The notes under the pieces are model-generated. The model worked only from the letters and a program-made list of their open reading frames with translations. It was not told the origin of the DNA and searched no databases. A stretch of DNA of 61,094 nt, counting the filler. It is 4 parts of 4 records of this genome, joined end to end, with 100 filler letters (N's around TTAATTAATTAA, not from the genome) between each part and the next. Parts side by side here need not be neighbours in the genome. Positions count along the whole stretch, not along the records: positions 18,364 to 42,133 come from DRR723986_6728; 3 more parts are not named here. The stretch is one strand, 5' to 3'. Each line of letters begins with the position of its first letter. Within the stretch, counting starts at the first letter, position 1. A program made the position numbers and the translations under genes. Positions 20,447 to 31,468 of this stretch are shown here, one piece after another.

Positions 20447-23400
20447 TTAAAGTTGAATATTCGCTCCTAGGGTAAATGTTTTGAGTGGGCCATATAGCCC
20501 AGATTCAAAATTGTAATACCTCGGCATTTCAGGATCAAAGCCCTTAAGATCTTTCATGTGATCAAAAGTGAGGAGATTGGAACCTCTTACATACATTCTG
20601 ATGCGGGCAAACTTTACCAGATCGGTAGGAATGTTATATGCCAATTCCAAATCCTTAAGTCTTATAAAAGAAGCATTGCGGATCCAAATGTTTGAAAGTC
20701 TCGAATTATAAGTATCGTTCAAGCCAAAAGCCCTAGGATAAGCTGCATCAATATTTTCTGGTGTCCATCTTTGATCGTATTCAAATACAGGTCTGTTGCC
20801 TTCATTATCATACCTCACCTCGATTTCAGCTCCACCTTGTCCCTGAAAAAGTATATTCAACTCAAATCCTTTATAAATTAAAGCACCGCTGATACCGTAT
20901 TGAAATCTTGGAACTGGGGAAGTATATTTTCTTATTTGATCCGAACCAGTGATCTTACCATCTCCATCAGTATCGACATACTTTACATCCCCCGGTTTGG
21001 TCCCTGGCAATTTAGCTACCGTCTGATCTACCTCCTCCTGAGTTTTGAACAGCCCATCTGAAGGATAAATGACAAAAGAATTCATAGGGTGCCCTTCCTG
21101 CTTTCTATAATCAGGAATATTAGAAGCCTCATCCATATAAACTATTTCATTCTGAGCCATCGTAAAATTACCCCCAACTCTATAGGTAAGTTGTCCTTTA
21201 GTTTCGGTGTAATTCAATTCCATTTCGTATCCAAAACTATTTACAATACCAAGATTCTCTTGCGGCAATTGAATAGCAGCATAGTCAGGAACTGACGCAT
21301 TTCTCTGAATTAGTATGTTGGATCTTTTTTGGAAAAAATAATTAAAGTCTCCCGACAGCTTATCTCCAAACATCGCAAAGCTGACTCCTAGGTTTTTAGA
21401 GTCTGCAGTTTCCCATGTAATGTCTGGGTTAGGTACATTATTGTTATAGAAAGCATTGAACTGGGTAGGATTTTCTCCGAATACATAAAAGTTCTGGTAT
21501 TGCCCATTGTATCCTCCGTATAAATATTGCCTTAGGTATTGAAATCCTGGCACACGGTCATTCCCCATCTTAGCCCAAGAAGCCCGAAGTTTTAGAAATG
21601 AAAGCCAACTTTGGCTACCTGACATAAATCCTTCTTCTGAGATAACCCATGCAGCTGAGACTCCTGGGAACAACCCAAATTGCTTTTTGGGAGCAAAAAC
21701 ACTCGATCCATCATATCTCAGTGTCATATCGATCAGGTATTTTTTCTTAAAATCGTAGGATAAAGATCCGAAGAAATTTAGCCTGCCATATTCTGATTCC
21801 ACTCCAGTACTTGTCTGACCATCAGCTCCCCCGGCAAATAAGGAAGGGTGCTCAGCTGAGATTAAGTCTCTTTTATAAGCTTCGAAAGATGATGTATTCC
21901 CTGATTGTTGCTCAAATGCCGCAAGGCCTCTAACTGTATGGCTACCAAAGGTTCGATTATAATGAAGTTGTACACTGTAGTATTCATCATTCGTCTTCAC
22001 ATGAGAATTACTTAAGCTTAAATAATTCCCAGAATTAAAATTAAAACCTTTGAAAGGCACATATTCATCAGAAGTCTGATCGTAATCATAAACTGTCCAG
22101 GTATCATGAAATTCCTTGCCTTTAGTGTTACTCAGGATATATCTAGCTATAGCCTTTGCTGTAAGACCCTGAATGAATTTATCCAGATTCAAATCCATAG
22201 AAAATCTGCCTCTAATCTCATTATAAACAGTTTCATTAAATCCAGAAGCTGAACTGGCCATTACGGCAGGATTCGCTCCGTTTTCGGCACCAATTCCATA
22301 CAAACCATTCGGGTACTGTCCTACTCTGGTAGGCAAATTGGTTTGCAACTGCTTGTGAATAAAACCTGCGTCTACTCCTGGCTGGGTTCTCTTATCATTT
22401 GCCCCATACAAATCCGCCCCAAATGACAGCATATCATTTACTTGGATATCCAAATTTGATCGTATTTGATATTGTTTAAAGTTTAAGTCCCCCGATTGGA
22501 ATAAGCCTCCTTGATCAAACTGGTTTCCACTTACAAAGTATTTTACATTCTTTCCTGCACCTGATATTGACAAACTGTTTCTGGTTTCGAATGAATAATC
22601 TTTCATTACCAAATCATACCAATTGGTATTAGGATAATTTATCGGGTCATTACCTGCAGCATAATTCGCTATGTCCTCCGGGCTGAACTGAGGTGGATTT
22701 CCATTACTTTGATCAATCTCATTTTTGTAAATAGCATACTGCTCCGAATTCATCATCTGAGGCACTCTTGTAAACGCTCCCCACTGATTGGAAGTAGTGA
22801 AATTCACAACAGGCTTGCCTTCTTTACCCCTTTTGGTGGTAACCAATATCACCCCGTTTGCTGCTCTTGCTCCGTAGATAGCCGCTGCTGCATCTTTTAA
22901 AACAGTTATACTTTCTATGTCTCCTGGCGCTAAAAAAGAAAAGTTAGCAGTAGGCACCCCGTCTAGAATTATAAGCGGGGAATTATTATTTAAAGTAGAT
23001 GTACCTCTAATAAGAAAAGTAGTTTGGTCAGTTCCAGGATAGCCACCTCTATCAGCTACTATCAGTCCAGGTACTTTACCCGCCAGAGATTTACTCAGAT
23101 TACTAGTCGAGGATCTAGCAATATCGTCAGAATTAACAGTACTTACTGAACCTGTTAAATCTCCACGAGTTCTAGTGCCATATCCTACTACAACAACTTC
23201 ATCCAATTCAGAATCATCTAGTGTCATTAGGGCATTAAGAACTTCACTTGAACCCACAGGAATCTCTACTGGCTGATAGCCTATAAATGAAAAAACTATC
23301 ACGGCGTCATCTGCAACAGTAAGTTCATATTCGCCATCCAGTCCAGTAACTGTACCATTTGTTGTTCCTTTTTCAATTACAGTAGCTCCAGGCATGGCCT

Positions 23401-23599
23401 GCCCAGTCTCGTCAGTAACTACTCCTTTTATCACTCTCTGCTGCTGTTCTGGCAAAATAAGAACAGTTTCTAAAGAAAGTGGGTTTGCATTTGTTTGTAT
23501 TGGGCAGATATATGCACACAGTAAAACCATTACGATTTTAGCATAGCTGTGCCTGCCACAGAAAAACCATGTAGGTTTTTCGAGGTAAAACCAAGTCAT
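20447..23599 (-). CDS. susC: SusC/RagA TonB-dependent transporter
   Basis: LDEVVVVGYG, LKDAAAAIYGARAANGVILVTTKRG, TWET, SFIRLK. Confidence 0.97.
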   Translation of the reverse strand: MTWFYLEKPTWFFCGRHSYAKIVMVLLCAYICPIQTNANPLSLETVLILPEQQQRVIKGVVTDETGQAMPGATVIEKGTTNGTVTGLDGEYELTVADDAVIVFSFIGYQPVEIPVGSSEVLNALMTLDDSELDEVVVVGYGTRTRGDLTGSVSTVNSDDIARSSTSNLSKSLAGKVPGLIVADRGGYPGTDQTTFLIRGTSTLNNNSPLIILDGVPTANFSFLAPGDIESITVLKDAAAAIYGARAANGVILVTTKRGKEGKPVVNFTTSNQWGAFTRVPQMMNSEQYAIYKNEIDQSNGNPPQFSPEDIANYAAGNDPINYPNTNWYDLVMKDYSFETRNSLSISGAGKNVKYFVSGNQFDQGGLFQSGDLNFKQYQIRSNLDIQVNDMLSFGADLYGANDKRTQPGVDAGFIHKQLQTNLPTRVGQYPNGLYGIGAENGANPAVMASSASGFNETVYNEIRGRFSMDLNLDKFIQGLTAKAIARYILSNTKGKEFHDTWTVYDYDQTSDEYVPFKGFNFNSGNYLSLSNSHVKTNDEYYSVQLHYNRTFGSHTVRGLAAFEQQSGNTSSFEAYKRDLISAEHPSLFAGGADGQTSTGVESEYGRLNFFGSLSYDFKKKYLIDMTLRYDGSSVFAPKKQFGLFPGVSAAWVISEEGFMSGSQSWLSFLKLRASWAKMGNDRVPGFQYLRQYLYGGYNGQYQNFYVFGENPTQFNAFYNNNVPNPDITWETADSKNLGVSFAMFGDKLSGDFNYFFQKRSNILIQRNASVPDYAAIQLPQENLGIVNSFGYEMELNYTETKGQLTYRVGGNFTMAQNEIVYMDEASNIPDYRKQEGHPMNSFVIYPSDGLFKTQEEVDQTVAKLPGTKPGDVKYVDTDGDGKITGSDQIRKYTSPVPRFQYGISGALIYKGFELNILFQGQGGAEIEVRYDNEGNRPVFEYDQRWTPENIDAAYPRAFGLNDTYNSRLSNIWIRNASFIRLKDLELAYNIPTDLVKFARIRMYVRGSNLLTFDHMKDLKGFDPEMPRYYNFESGLYGPLKTFTLGANIQL

Positions 23600-23846
23600 A
23601 TTTATAAGTTTAGATGGATACTATTTATACACTTCCCCAGGAAGGGGAATAGATACTGTAAGTCAAATTTCTCATTGACTCCCTATGGGTAAAACAAATA
23701 ATCTCACCCTGTCTAGTTTTTTAAAATCTTACAGTTTGCTTAGAATCATAGTCAGGATAGTTTTGGGTTTTATGAGATAGTTAATTGCTTAATAGAGAAA
23801 ATTTTATTGGAAATAATAGAGTTTTCTAATAGCCTTTTCACTAGTA

Positions 23847-23911
23847 TAAAGAACCAACTTTATGCGTCCCTGCTATTCATCTTATTTACCCTAGAATTAC
23901 TCTATTTTACC
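23847..23911 (-). promoter_or_regulatory. Candidate AraC-activated promoter of susCD
   Basis: + strand TATTTACC (23883) and ATTTTACC (23904), 21 bp apart; TAAAG at 23847. Confidence 0.65.
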
Positions 23912-24103
23912 CTTCTTTTAAGGGATCATACTAATCCATAATCCACTAATTCTTATAACACCTCAGAAACAATCATAAATAAACCACTAACTATCAATAA
24001 CTTAAAGAGACAACACTTCAATTAACCCTCAATAAGAATGCACGATTTATTTTTTTACTAAGGGGTAAAATCAGCTTACCTTTCGGTGATCTAAAAATCA
24101 AAA

Positions 24104-24128
24104 ACGGCTCAGAAAAACTCTGAGCCGT
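24104..24128 (-). terminator. Hairpin terminator after the GH129-like gene
   Basis: ACGGCTCAGA/TCTGAGCCGT stem with AAAA on the + strand (U-tract on minus). Confidence 0.75.
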
Positions 24129-24177
24129 ATTCATTAGCCATCTATATGGCATTCTGTTAAAACATATAACCTAACTA

Positions 24178-26277
24178 TTAATTCATATTCAAACTTAGCT
24201 TAAAGCCTCCCTTCATTACACTTCCATCCGCTTTGGTTACATAATAACCATATCCCGGGATACTGATACCTTCATCAGTTTTTTGTGGCACTGGCCCTAA
24301 GTTTACCATCACTTCTGTTCCACTGGAAAACTTACTTCGCTGAAGTTTGAAATCTGCACTCAGGTACTCATGACTTTCCAATTCCGCAAAAAATGTTTCC
24401 CGATGCACTGGACTCACTAATTCATTGGACATTTTCAACATTTCTTTCATCCCGTCAAATTCGTAGGGAGAAAAGAAAATGGCTGAGCCAATGCCAAACA
24501 ACATACTCTGCAAAGATTTAATTCTGTAATCACCATTCGCAGTAATTTCATTATTGGGATCCTGAATTTTACCAAAATTGGCAATAGCATCATGATACAC
24601 TAAGCTAAAGAGCGGAGCTGGATGTGATATTTCTGAAAGTGAGTGCCCCTCAAGGTATACCAACCCTTCAAACATGTCGAAATAAGGAATCCACTGTTCT
24701 TGTCCATGTTCGGTACCCATCACTAGATTTAAAGAACGAAGATATTTAGCTAATTCACGAATACCTTCACTCCCTTTTTCTGGGTAAATAGCAAAGGAAA
24801 TATCTGTAATATCCGCTTCTAGGTCCAAAGCAGCTATTTCTTTTTCCAAATTTGCACTAGCAAGAGACTTGAGTTTATCAGTATCCACGCGTGCCCAGCG
24901 GCTACCTGTGTGTTCTAACTTCCCTTGCTCATCTCTCCCCATTAACCCAATATTGATGTCAGGGTCGTTTTCCAAAACTGGCGAATAAGCATGATAGGAT
25001 GAATACAGGTAATCATATTCTTTGGTTAAGTCCACGGCTTCTTTTAAAACTTTGGCACCACCTAAATCTTCATTGATCGGCCAGCATACAGGTGGGAAAT
25101 TTGAAAACACTCCCCATGCGTGAATAAATGCATTCTCTACTCCGACCTCATCATGGGTAGTTTTAATAATTTCTTTCAACTCTTGAAAAGTGAACTGCAT
25201 ACCAGGCATATTTACATAATGCGGATACCCTCCGTAAATCCCCATATAAATGGCTCCAGCAAGCTTGTTCACATTGGGATTTGCATCTGCTTTTTCTTTT
25301 AATGAAACCAAAAATCCCTTCTCCACAGCTTCTTTTCTATAGGTCTTGGCCATATCCACATAATTTCCGCCAGGAATAAAGTGAAATGACATTTTCATTT
25401 TGGCGTTCTCTTTCTTCAGATTCCATACCGGATCCAAAAACACAATTCTCTGAAATTCCGACATCTTGCCGTCCGGATTAAATAAGTATTGTCCATTATT
25501 ATTAATGTTATAGAACATGCCAGGCCTGGACGCTTCATCCAAAACTACCATCACAGCTGATTTCTCATTATAGGTACCCCACCAAGGCATACTTAATCCA
25601 GAGCCATTATTAAACAATTCAAGTGTCCCGATAGATTTATTATTGTACGTAGCATCATCCCATTTACAAAAACGCCCACCGTTCATTGGGAATATATAAG
25701 ACGGACTGATCACTCCCTGCTTCTGAGGAATGACTGCTGCACCTCTGTCTACGTCTGTTTCCAAACTGAAATGCCGGGCTGGATAACGTAAATCCAACAA
25801 TGAAAAGTCACCCGGCTCTATCTCCGTAACTTCTATATCCAAGGTGGATTTGATTTGACTCAGGCTAAGTTTCACACCCACTTTTACTCCTTTTGCTACG
25901 TCTCCATTCTCAAAAACTGGATCAGCAAATTCTATCCTCACACTTCCATCTGCCTGGTTGTTTAATAGAATAGAAGAACTCTTTGAAAGATTAACGGTTT
26001 GTCGGACGCCTTTGGAATCATTTAATGTTAACAATCCCGCTGCATTCTCCCATGGATCCGGAGTCCACTCCTGACCAGTCTTCTTTTCCAATACAGAAAA
26101 GTTGCCAGATTGCTGGTCAAATGTCACTTTGATCAATTCATTTTCCAACCCTTGGATTGGAAGCGTTCGATTTTCTGCCATAGGCTGAGCCTGACTCGTA
26201 CATGCATAAATACTGATCGCTAGTAACGACAGTGCCAGCCAACCTAGCGGGTTAAATGTTTTAAAACTTATTTTCAT
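24178..26277 (-). CDS. dagB: GH129-like lipoprotein, probable alpha-(3,6-anhydro)-D-galactosidase (DagB-like)
   Basis: Lipobox IYAC, LSMPWWG, YVDMAKTYR, GTEHG, PLFSLVYHD; context of dau genes and GH127; family assigned from recall. Confidence 0.7.
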   Translation of the reverse strand: MKISFKTFNPLGWLALSLLAISIYACTSQAQPMAENRTLPIQGLENELIKVTFDQQSGNFSVLEKKTGQEWTPDPWENAAGLLTLNDSKGVRQTVNLSKSSSILLNNQADGSVRIEFADPVFENGDVAKGVKVGVKLSLSQIKSTLDIEVTEIEPGDFSLLDLRYPARHFSLETDVDRGAAVIPQKQGVISPSYIFPMNGGRFCKWDDATYNNKSIGTLELFNNGSGLSMPWWGTYNEKSAVMVVLDEASRPGMFYNINNNGQYLFNPDGKMSEFQRIVFLDPVWNLKKENAKMKMSFHFIPGGNYVDMAKTYRKEAVEKGFLVSLKEKADANPNVNKLAGAIYMGIYGGYPHYVNMPGMQFTFQELKEIIKTTHDEVGVENAFIHAWGVFSNFPPVCWPINEDLGGAKVLKEAVDLTKEYDYLYSSYHAYSPVLENDPDINIGLMGRDEQGKLEHTGSRWARVDTDKLKSLASANLEKEIAALDLEADITDISFAIYPEKGSEGIRELAKYLRSLNLVMGTEHGQEQWIPYFDMFEGLVYLEGHSLSEISHPAPLFSLVYHDAIANFGKIQDPNNEITANGDYRIKSLQSMLFGIGSAIFFSPYEFDGMKEMLKMSNELVSPVHRETFFAELESHEYLSADFKLQRSKFSSGTEVMVNLGPVPQKTDEGISIPGYGYYVTKADGSVMKGGFKLSLNMN

Positions 26278-26388
26278 ATTCGATCTGATTAATTGTAGGT
26301 TTGATTGAATTGAGAGTGCTGTAAGTCAACATTATATATTTAGCGTAGCCAGACATACCAGTTTTGATATACACTCTCTCTTGAGTTC

Positions 26389-27828
26389 TTATTTGATTTT
26401 AAAAGTATCATTGAACGTATTCATCTTCTTCTCTTTCCATATTACTTCGAGCTCTTCAGGCATAAACCATTGTGGTTCCGTATTTGACTTACTCCATTTC
26501 TCTACCTCAGCTACCATTTCTTTCAGCTTATCAGGGTAAATAGCACTCAAATCGTAAACTTCACTTTTGTCAAGCCGGATATTAAAAAGTTGCCAATGGT
26601 CTCCCGATTTCAAGACTTTCCAATCATCCTTTCTCGCACCTACATCGGTATACCCTTCCCAGTGGCGTAATACATAAATCATGTCTTGCTGATGAGTAAC
26701 TCTGTTTTGAATAAGGTCATCCCACACATTTTTCCCGTCAATTTTTTTCCCTTCAGGTAATTCTGCTCCAGCTAATGAGGCAAAAGTCGGATAAAAATCT
26801 ATCGCTGAAATAGGGTGTTCAAATACTTTCCCTCGAGCAACGTGTCCCGGCCAATGGAAAAACATGGGAACCCGATATCCACCTTCATGAGTACTTCCTT
26901 TTCCTTCTTGTAAGGGAAAATTAGTCGCACCATGTTCCAGGTTCCCTCCATTGTCACTCATGAAAATTATCAGCGTATTTTCATACTCACCTGTTTCTTT
27001 CAACATAGAAACAAGATCTTTTACCCCGCGATCCACTGCATATACCATTGCCGCGTATTTTCTTCTGTCCATATCTTCAATGGATGAAAAGAGCTCAAGA
27101 TCTTCTTTTTTAGCCTCCAAAGGTACATGCGGTGCATTGTAGGATAGGTATAGGAAAAATGGCTGATCTTTTTCAGCGGCGTCTTTCACAAATTGATTGG
27201 CATGGAGAGAAAGTGCATCAGTCAGGTATTCGGTAGGATGTACGTCCACTCCATTGTGTTCAATTGGTTTTAAATAATCCCAAATGACTTCCACCCCCTT
27301 TTGCTTTTGAGCTAAATATCTTGGCTCATATTCTTCGGGATGATAATTATGACCTCCTCCTAAAAAACCATAGAAATCATCAAAACCTCGTTTATTAGGA
27401 TGAAACTCAGAATTTGCACCCAAATGCCACTTACCCACAATTCCTGTGTAATAGCCAGATTCCTGTAGTACTTTGCTAATGAATGTTTCCTCCAGCGGAA
27501 TACCTTTTCCTATTGTCTCACTGTTTGGTGGAAGATTGAATTGAGCCCCATATTCATGTGGATATCTTCCAGTCATTAATGCTGCTCTACTAGGACCACA
27601 AAATGGATGGGCTACGTAGCCCGAAGTTACAATGGTGCCTTGCTTTGCCAATTGGTCCAACGTTGGTGTAATTATATCCTTAGCACCATTGAAGCCAACA
27701 TCCGAATAACCTAAATCATCACATAAAATCACTAGGATATTGGGTCTTTTGGCTTGAGCAAAAGACTGTTTTCCACTTAATGGAAAAAGCACTAATAGTA
27801 GATACAGTAGTTTATTATAAATTCTCAT
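26389..27828 (-). CDS. S1 sulfatase (Cys-type), probably S1_19-like carrageenan galactose-4-sulfatase
   Basis: Signal peptide, DDLGY, CGPSR, GKWHLG, SDNGG; subfamily is inference. Confidence 0.9.
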   Translation of the reverse strand: MRIYNKLLYLLLVLFPLSGKQSFAQAKRPNILVILCDDLGYSDVGFNGAKDIITPTLDQLAKQGTIVTSGYVAHPFCGPSRAALMTGRYPHEYGAQFNLPPNSETIGKGIPLEETFISKVLQESGYYTGIVGKWHLGANSEFHPNKRGFDDFYGFLGGGHNYHPEEYEPRYLAQKQKGVEVIWDYLKPIEHNGVDVHPTEYLTDALSLHANQFVKDAAEKDQPFFLYLSYNAPHVPLEAKKEDLELFSSIEDMDRRKYAAMVYAVDRGVKDLVSMLKETGEYENTLIIFMSDNGGNLEHGATNFPLQEGKGSTHEGGYRVPMFFHWPGHVARGKVFEHPISAIDFYPTFASLAGAELPEGKKIDGKNVWDDLIQNRVTHQQDMIYVLRHWEGYTDVGARKDDWKVLKSGDHWQLFNIRLDKSEVYDLSAIYPDKLKEMVAEVEKWSKSNTEPQWFMPEELEVIWKEKKMNTFNDTFKIK

Positions 27829-27851
27829 TTCTAGAAGTATTTTGAATGTGA

Positions 27852-29852
27852 TTAGTTAGTCCAGATTACTGGCAAAAAAACTGTCATTTCTGCCTGTCCG
27901 CGATTGCTCCAAGAATAATAAGGGACCAATCTAGTTTTGATGGATTTGAAAATCGGTTTAGATATGGCTCCGTAAAGGCTGGTTTGCATGTTTTCTCGTA
28001 ATAATAGTTCCCCGTGCAGGCAGCAAACCCCTCCAAGAAAATCAGGTTCAAAAACTGGAGACCATTGCCTATTCCCATCGAGATAAACATCTAAAATTGA
28101 TGTCCCCTTTGGTAGATCAGGTGATTCTATGCAATACACTATCGGACCACGCTTAATGGCTACATGATTTCTGATTTCCTCAACTCTCGGGTGACCTTCC
28201 ATGAATTTGATCTCCATGGGAAGGTTTATGGTAATGACATCACCGTCTTTCCAGGTTCGATGTAATGGAAGAAACTCGCCAGCTTTCACCCTCTCGATTA
28301 CTTCTTCGCCATTAATTAACACAGTAGCTCCTTCAGCCCAATCAGGTATCCTAAAGAGCATATCAAAAGGAGTTTCTTTACACTTTTCAATACAGATTTC
28401 TACCAACCCCTCCCAAGGATAATTTGTTTTCTGCGACAGTTTAAGCACCGAACCATCAGATAGTACTGTATCCAGTTGACTGCTACCGTATAGATTAACA
28501 GACAACCCATTTTCTGTCATACAATAGGCCCAATTGGAAAGGTTTGCGAGTGTACGGACTAGGTTGGGCGGACAGCAAAAACAGGATAGGTAACCTTCTC
28601 TATCTGGTGTCTCTGTTATATTTTCATGAGCATCATAGTCTCGGGTATTATTCACCATCCGGAGAGGATTCGAATAGAAATATTCCTTTCCTGACACACT
28701 TATTCCCGACAAGCCACTATTGAACATTACCAACTCAATAACATCTGCATATTTTGATTCACCATGAATCATGAGCATTCTGTTACTGAATATCGCATTA
28801 CAGAGATTAGCGCAGGTTTCATTGTAGGCAGTGAGATTAGGGAGCATGTAGCCATCGATGAACCCTTCTTCAATCATATCTCTAGCTGTCGAAGCACCAT
28901 AATGAGCCTGCCCTACAGCTCCCGTGAGATACATTTTTTTCTGGGTCATATTTTCCCAGAGTCTATCCAAAGCCAAAAGCAATGCAGACTCTCCAGTTTC
29001 CGAATAGACATCCGCAGCACCAGCATAGAAATATAGAGCCAAAACCGCATGCCCTACTACTTCTGAAGAATCGCGTAATGGGACTCGCTCCTGAACCATG
29101 TCACCTATAGGATATCCTTCGGTGGTGGAATTATGTTCCACTTTATATTTACCCCGATTATTAACAAATTTCTCTGCGAGTCTTAGATACTTTTTATCAA
29201 AAGTGATACGGTAAAGTTCAACCAAGCCCATGATTTGCGTTTGATTGAAACCAAACCTACCCAGGCGCTTGTTTTCCGGCATAAAAAGCACATATAGAAG
29301 ATCTGCCTGCTTAATAGCTATATTGAGGAAATCCCGCTTACCGGTGACTTTAAAATGTGCACAGGCACTGATTAGTAAATGTCCTGTATTATACATTTCA
29401 TGATACTTCCGATTTTCGTAGCGATCTACTTCTGGTCTCAACTGAATCTGAGTTTGGATATACCCATCAGGCTCCTGAGCCTTCCCTATAATGCGAACGT
29501 ATTCGTCCAATTGATCCAACATCTTTTGATCGTTGTTGATAGCATAGATATAGCACATGGCTTCCATGTATTTATAGAAATCTCCATCATGCCAATACAT
29601 TCCCTTGTGTTCCCCTAGCTTCTCACCTGCAGCAATTTTAAAATTGTTCCAAGCATGCCCAATATCGCCGCAGAGTAACCCACCCATGTAAGGAACCATC
29701 ACATCTTTGGCATTATTAAATTTTTCCGCCCAAAAACCAGTGCTCCACCTGTTATCTCCGATTGGCGTTTGTTTTAATTTCACAAAGGCACTTATACTAG
29801 GATGGTTTAGTTCTAATTCTTCCACCCCTGTGTTCGTTAGTTTTTTACTCAT
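27852..29852 (-). CDS. dagA: GH127 glycoside hydrolase, probable alpha-1,3-(3,6-anhydro)-D-galactosidase (DagA-like)
   Basis: HEMYNTGHL, GHAV, YNETCA, CFCCPPN, RGPIVYC, PYYSWSNR; no signal peptide visible. Confidence 0.88.
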   Translation of the reverse strand: MSKKLTNTGVEELELNHPSISAFVKLKQTPIGDNRWSTGFWAEKFNNAKDVMVPYMGGLLCGDIGHAWNNFKIAAGEKLGEHKGMYWHDGDFYKYMEAMCYIYAINNDQKMLDQLDEYVRIIGKAQEPDGYIQTQIQLRPEVDRYENRKYHEMYNTGHLLISACAHFKVTGKRDFLNIAIKQADLLYVLFMPENKRLGRFGFNQTQIMGLVELYRITFDKKYLRLAEKFVNNRGKYKVEHNSTTEGYPIGDMVQERVPLRDSSEVVGHAVLALYFYAGAADVYSETGESALLLALDRLWENMTQKKMYLTGAVGQAHYGASTARDMIEEGFIDGYMLPNLTAYNETCANLCNAIFSNRMLMIHGESKYADVIELVMFNSGLSGISVSGKEYFYSNPLRMVNNTRDYDAHENITETPDREGYLSCFCCPPNLVRTLANLSNWAYCMTENGLSVNLYGSSQLDTVLSDGSVLKLSQKTNYPWEGLVEICIEKCKETPFDMLFRIPDWAEGATVLINGEEVIERVKAGEFLPLHRTWKDGDVITINLPMEIKFMEGHPRVEEIRNHVAIKRGPIVYCIESPDLPKGTSILDVYLDGNRQWSPVFEPDFLGGVCCLHGELLLRENMQTSLYGAISKPIFKSIKTRLVPYYSWSNRGQAEMTVFLPVIWTN

Positions 29853-31414
29853 ACCAGTACAAGTTTGCGTTGAATATCTTCGATGCTCATATTCTTAGTT
29901 TCTTTCAGGTAAACAGATAATATCACTAAGCCAATTACCACTACAAAAGCATAAAATAGGAAAGTGGTAGCTGCTCCAAATTGTGCCAATTGCCATGGAA
30001 AAAACTGCTGGACTAAATAGCTTGTAAAGCTTGAAATCAGTGTAAAAAAAGGAATGGCAACACCCCTGATGGAAATAGGGAAAATTTCTGAAAAGAGCAC
30101 CCACATTATTGGTCCTACTGAAAAATGAAATGCGGCGATAAAGCTCAAAATCCCAGCGAAAATCAAAGGAGCATTAAGTGAAGCTGCTTTCTGTAGGATC
30201 ACTGCTTCATGAGCTTTAGCATTCCCCTTACCTAAAACATCAATGATTGCTTTTTTAAATGTCCTGTCATTTTCAAAGGTCACCTCAGCAATACTTAGCA
30301 ATGCAACTGCATTGTCGATTTCATTCAACTCTGATATTGCCTTCTCAGTCAAAGTATATCTAGCTTCGTAAAAACCATAAGAGCACATACCAAGGCTGAA
30401 CGCTATCCATAAAAGTCCGCCCAAAACCATTATCCTTCTACCAATCCTATCGATTAATAGTAAGGCCAAAAAGGTAAACAAAATGCTGATCAGCCCTATC
30501 CAAATAGCCTGGGCGAAGGCAGTGTCTGTGCCTAACCCCAACTGCTCAATGATCGTAGGAGCGTAGAAAAGAATTGCATTGATTCCTGTAGCTTGTTGTA
30601 CTATAGCCATAGTCAGGCCAATAACAAGGATTACACGCATGGGTGTACTGAAGATCGTACTTAATTGCGTAGCAACGGAAACGCTAGTCCCCTTCTCTTC
30701 TATACTTCTCTCCATAGCCAGAAGCTGGGTTTCGACTTCATTTTCCGGATATATTTGGAGAAGTGTTGTTCTAGCTTGTTCCTTTCTCCCCACGTAGATC
30801 AGCCAAGCTGGACTTCTAGGTATAATTGCCAACAATCCTAGCCAAAGCAAGGCTGGAATGATTTCCACACCTAACATCCATCTCCAGGTATAGCTGTCCA
30901 TGCCTAGATTTTGTACCCATGAACCTCCTGCGTCTACCCAGATAAGGATTAAATAATTCAAAAAATATGCTGCAGATAGTCCGAATACTATATTGATTTG
31001 AGTCATAGAAACCAACTTACCCCTCCATCTGGGTGGAGCGATCTCACCGATATACATGGATGCCAGTGAAATAGAACTAAAAGCCAAACCTCCTACAAAC
31101 CTAGCAACCACCAAAAAAACAAATGTTGGTGCCAAAGCCGATGCTAAGGCGGATATCAAGTACAAAAATGCCACGATCTGCAAAGTGGTCTTTCTTCCCA
31201 ATCTGTTACAGGAAATTCCTGCAAGAGGCAAGGCGAATAATACCCCCAAAACCGGTGCACTTACTACTGTGCCAAGCTGTAGATCCGTCAAAGCAAATTC
31301 TTCTACAAGAAACTTTACCGTACCGGATATCACCGCAGCATCAAGTCCAAAGATAAAGCCTCCCATGGCCACAATGGTGGAGTAGGTAAATGCTCTGGTT
31401 TTAAATGAACTCAT
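29849..31414 (-). CDS. Sugar porter family MFS transporter
   Basis: GGFIFGLD, YIGEIAP, QQATGINAILFY, WVLFSEIFP, ETK. Confidence 0.95.
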   Translation of the reverse strand: MSSFKTRAFTYSTIVAMGGFIFGLDAAVISGTVKFLVEEFALTDLQLGTVVSAPVLGVLFALPLAGISCNRLGRKTTLQIVAFLYLISALASALAPTFVFLVVARFVGGLAFSSISLASMYIGEIAPPRWRGKLVSMTQINIVFGLSAAYFLNYLILIWVDAGGSWVQNLGMDSYTWRWMLGVEIIPALLWLGLLAIIPRSPAWLIYVGRKEQARTTLLQIYPENEVETQLLAMERSIEEKGTSVSVATQLSTIFSTPMRVILVIGLTMAIVQQATGINAILFYAPTIIEQLGLGTDTAFAQAIWIGLISILFTFLALLLIDRIGRRIMVLGGLLWIAFSLGMCSYGFYEARYTLTEKAISELNEIDNAVALLSIAEVTFENDRTFKKAIIDVLGKGNAKAHEAVILQKAASLNAPLIFAGILSFIAAFHFSVGPIMWVLFSEIFPISIRGVAIPFFTLISSFTSYLVQQFFPWQLAQFGAATTFLFYAFVVVIGLVILSVYLKETKNMSIEDIQRKLVLV

Positions 31415-31468
31415 AGGTAACGGGTGAAAATGAATTATATAATGGAGTGAATTGCTAGTTACTTTTTA

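Noticed and set aside
24064-24071. Single GGTAAAAT on the + strand
   Set aside because: Opposite orientation and no partner 21 bp away, so not counted as an operator.
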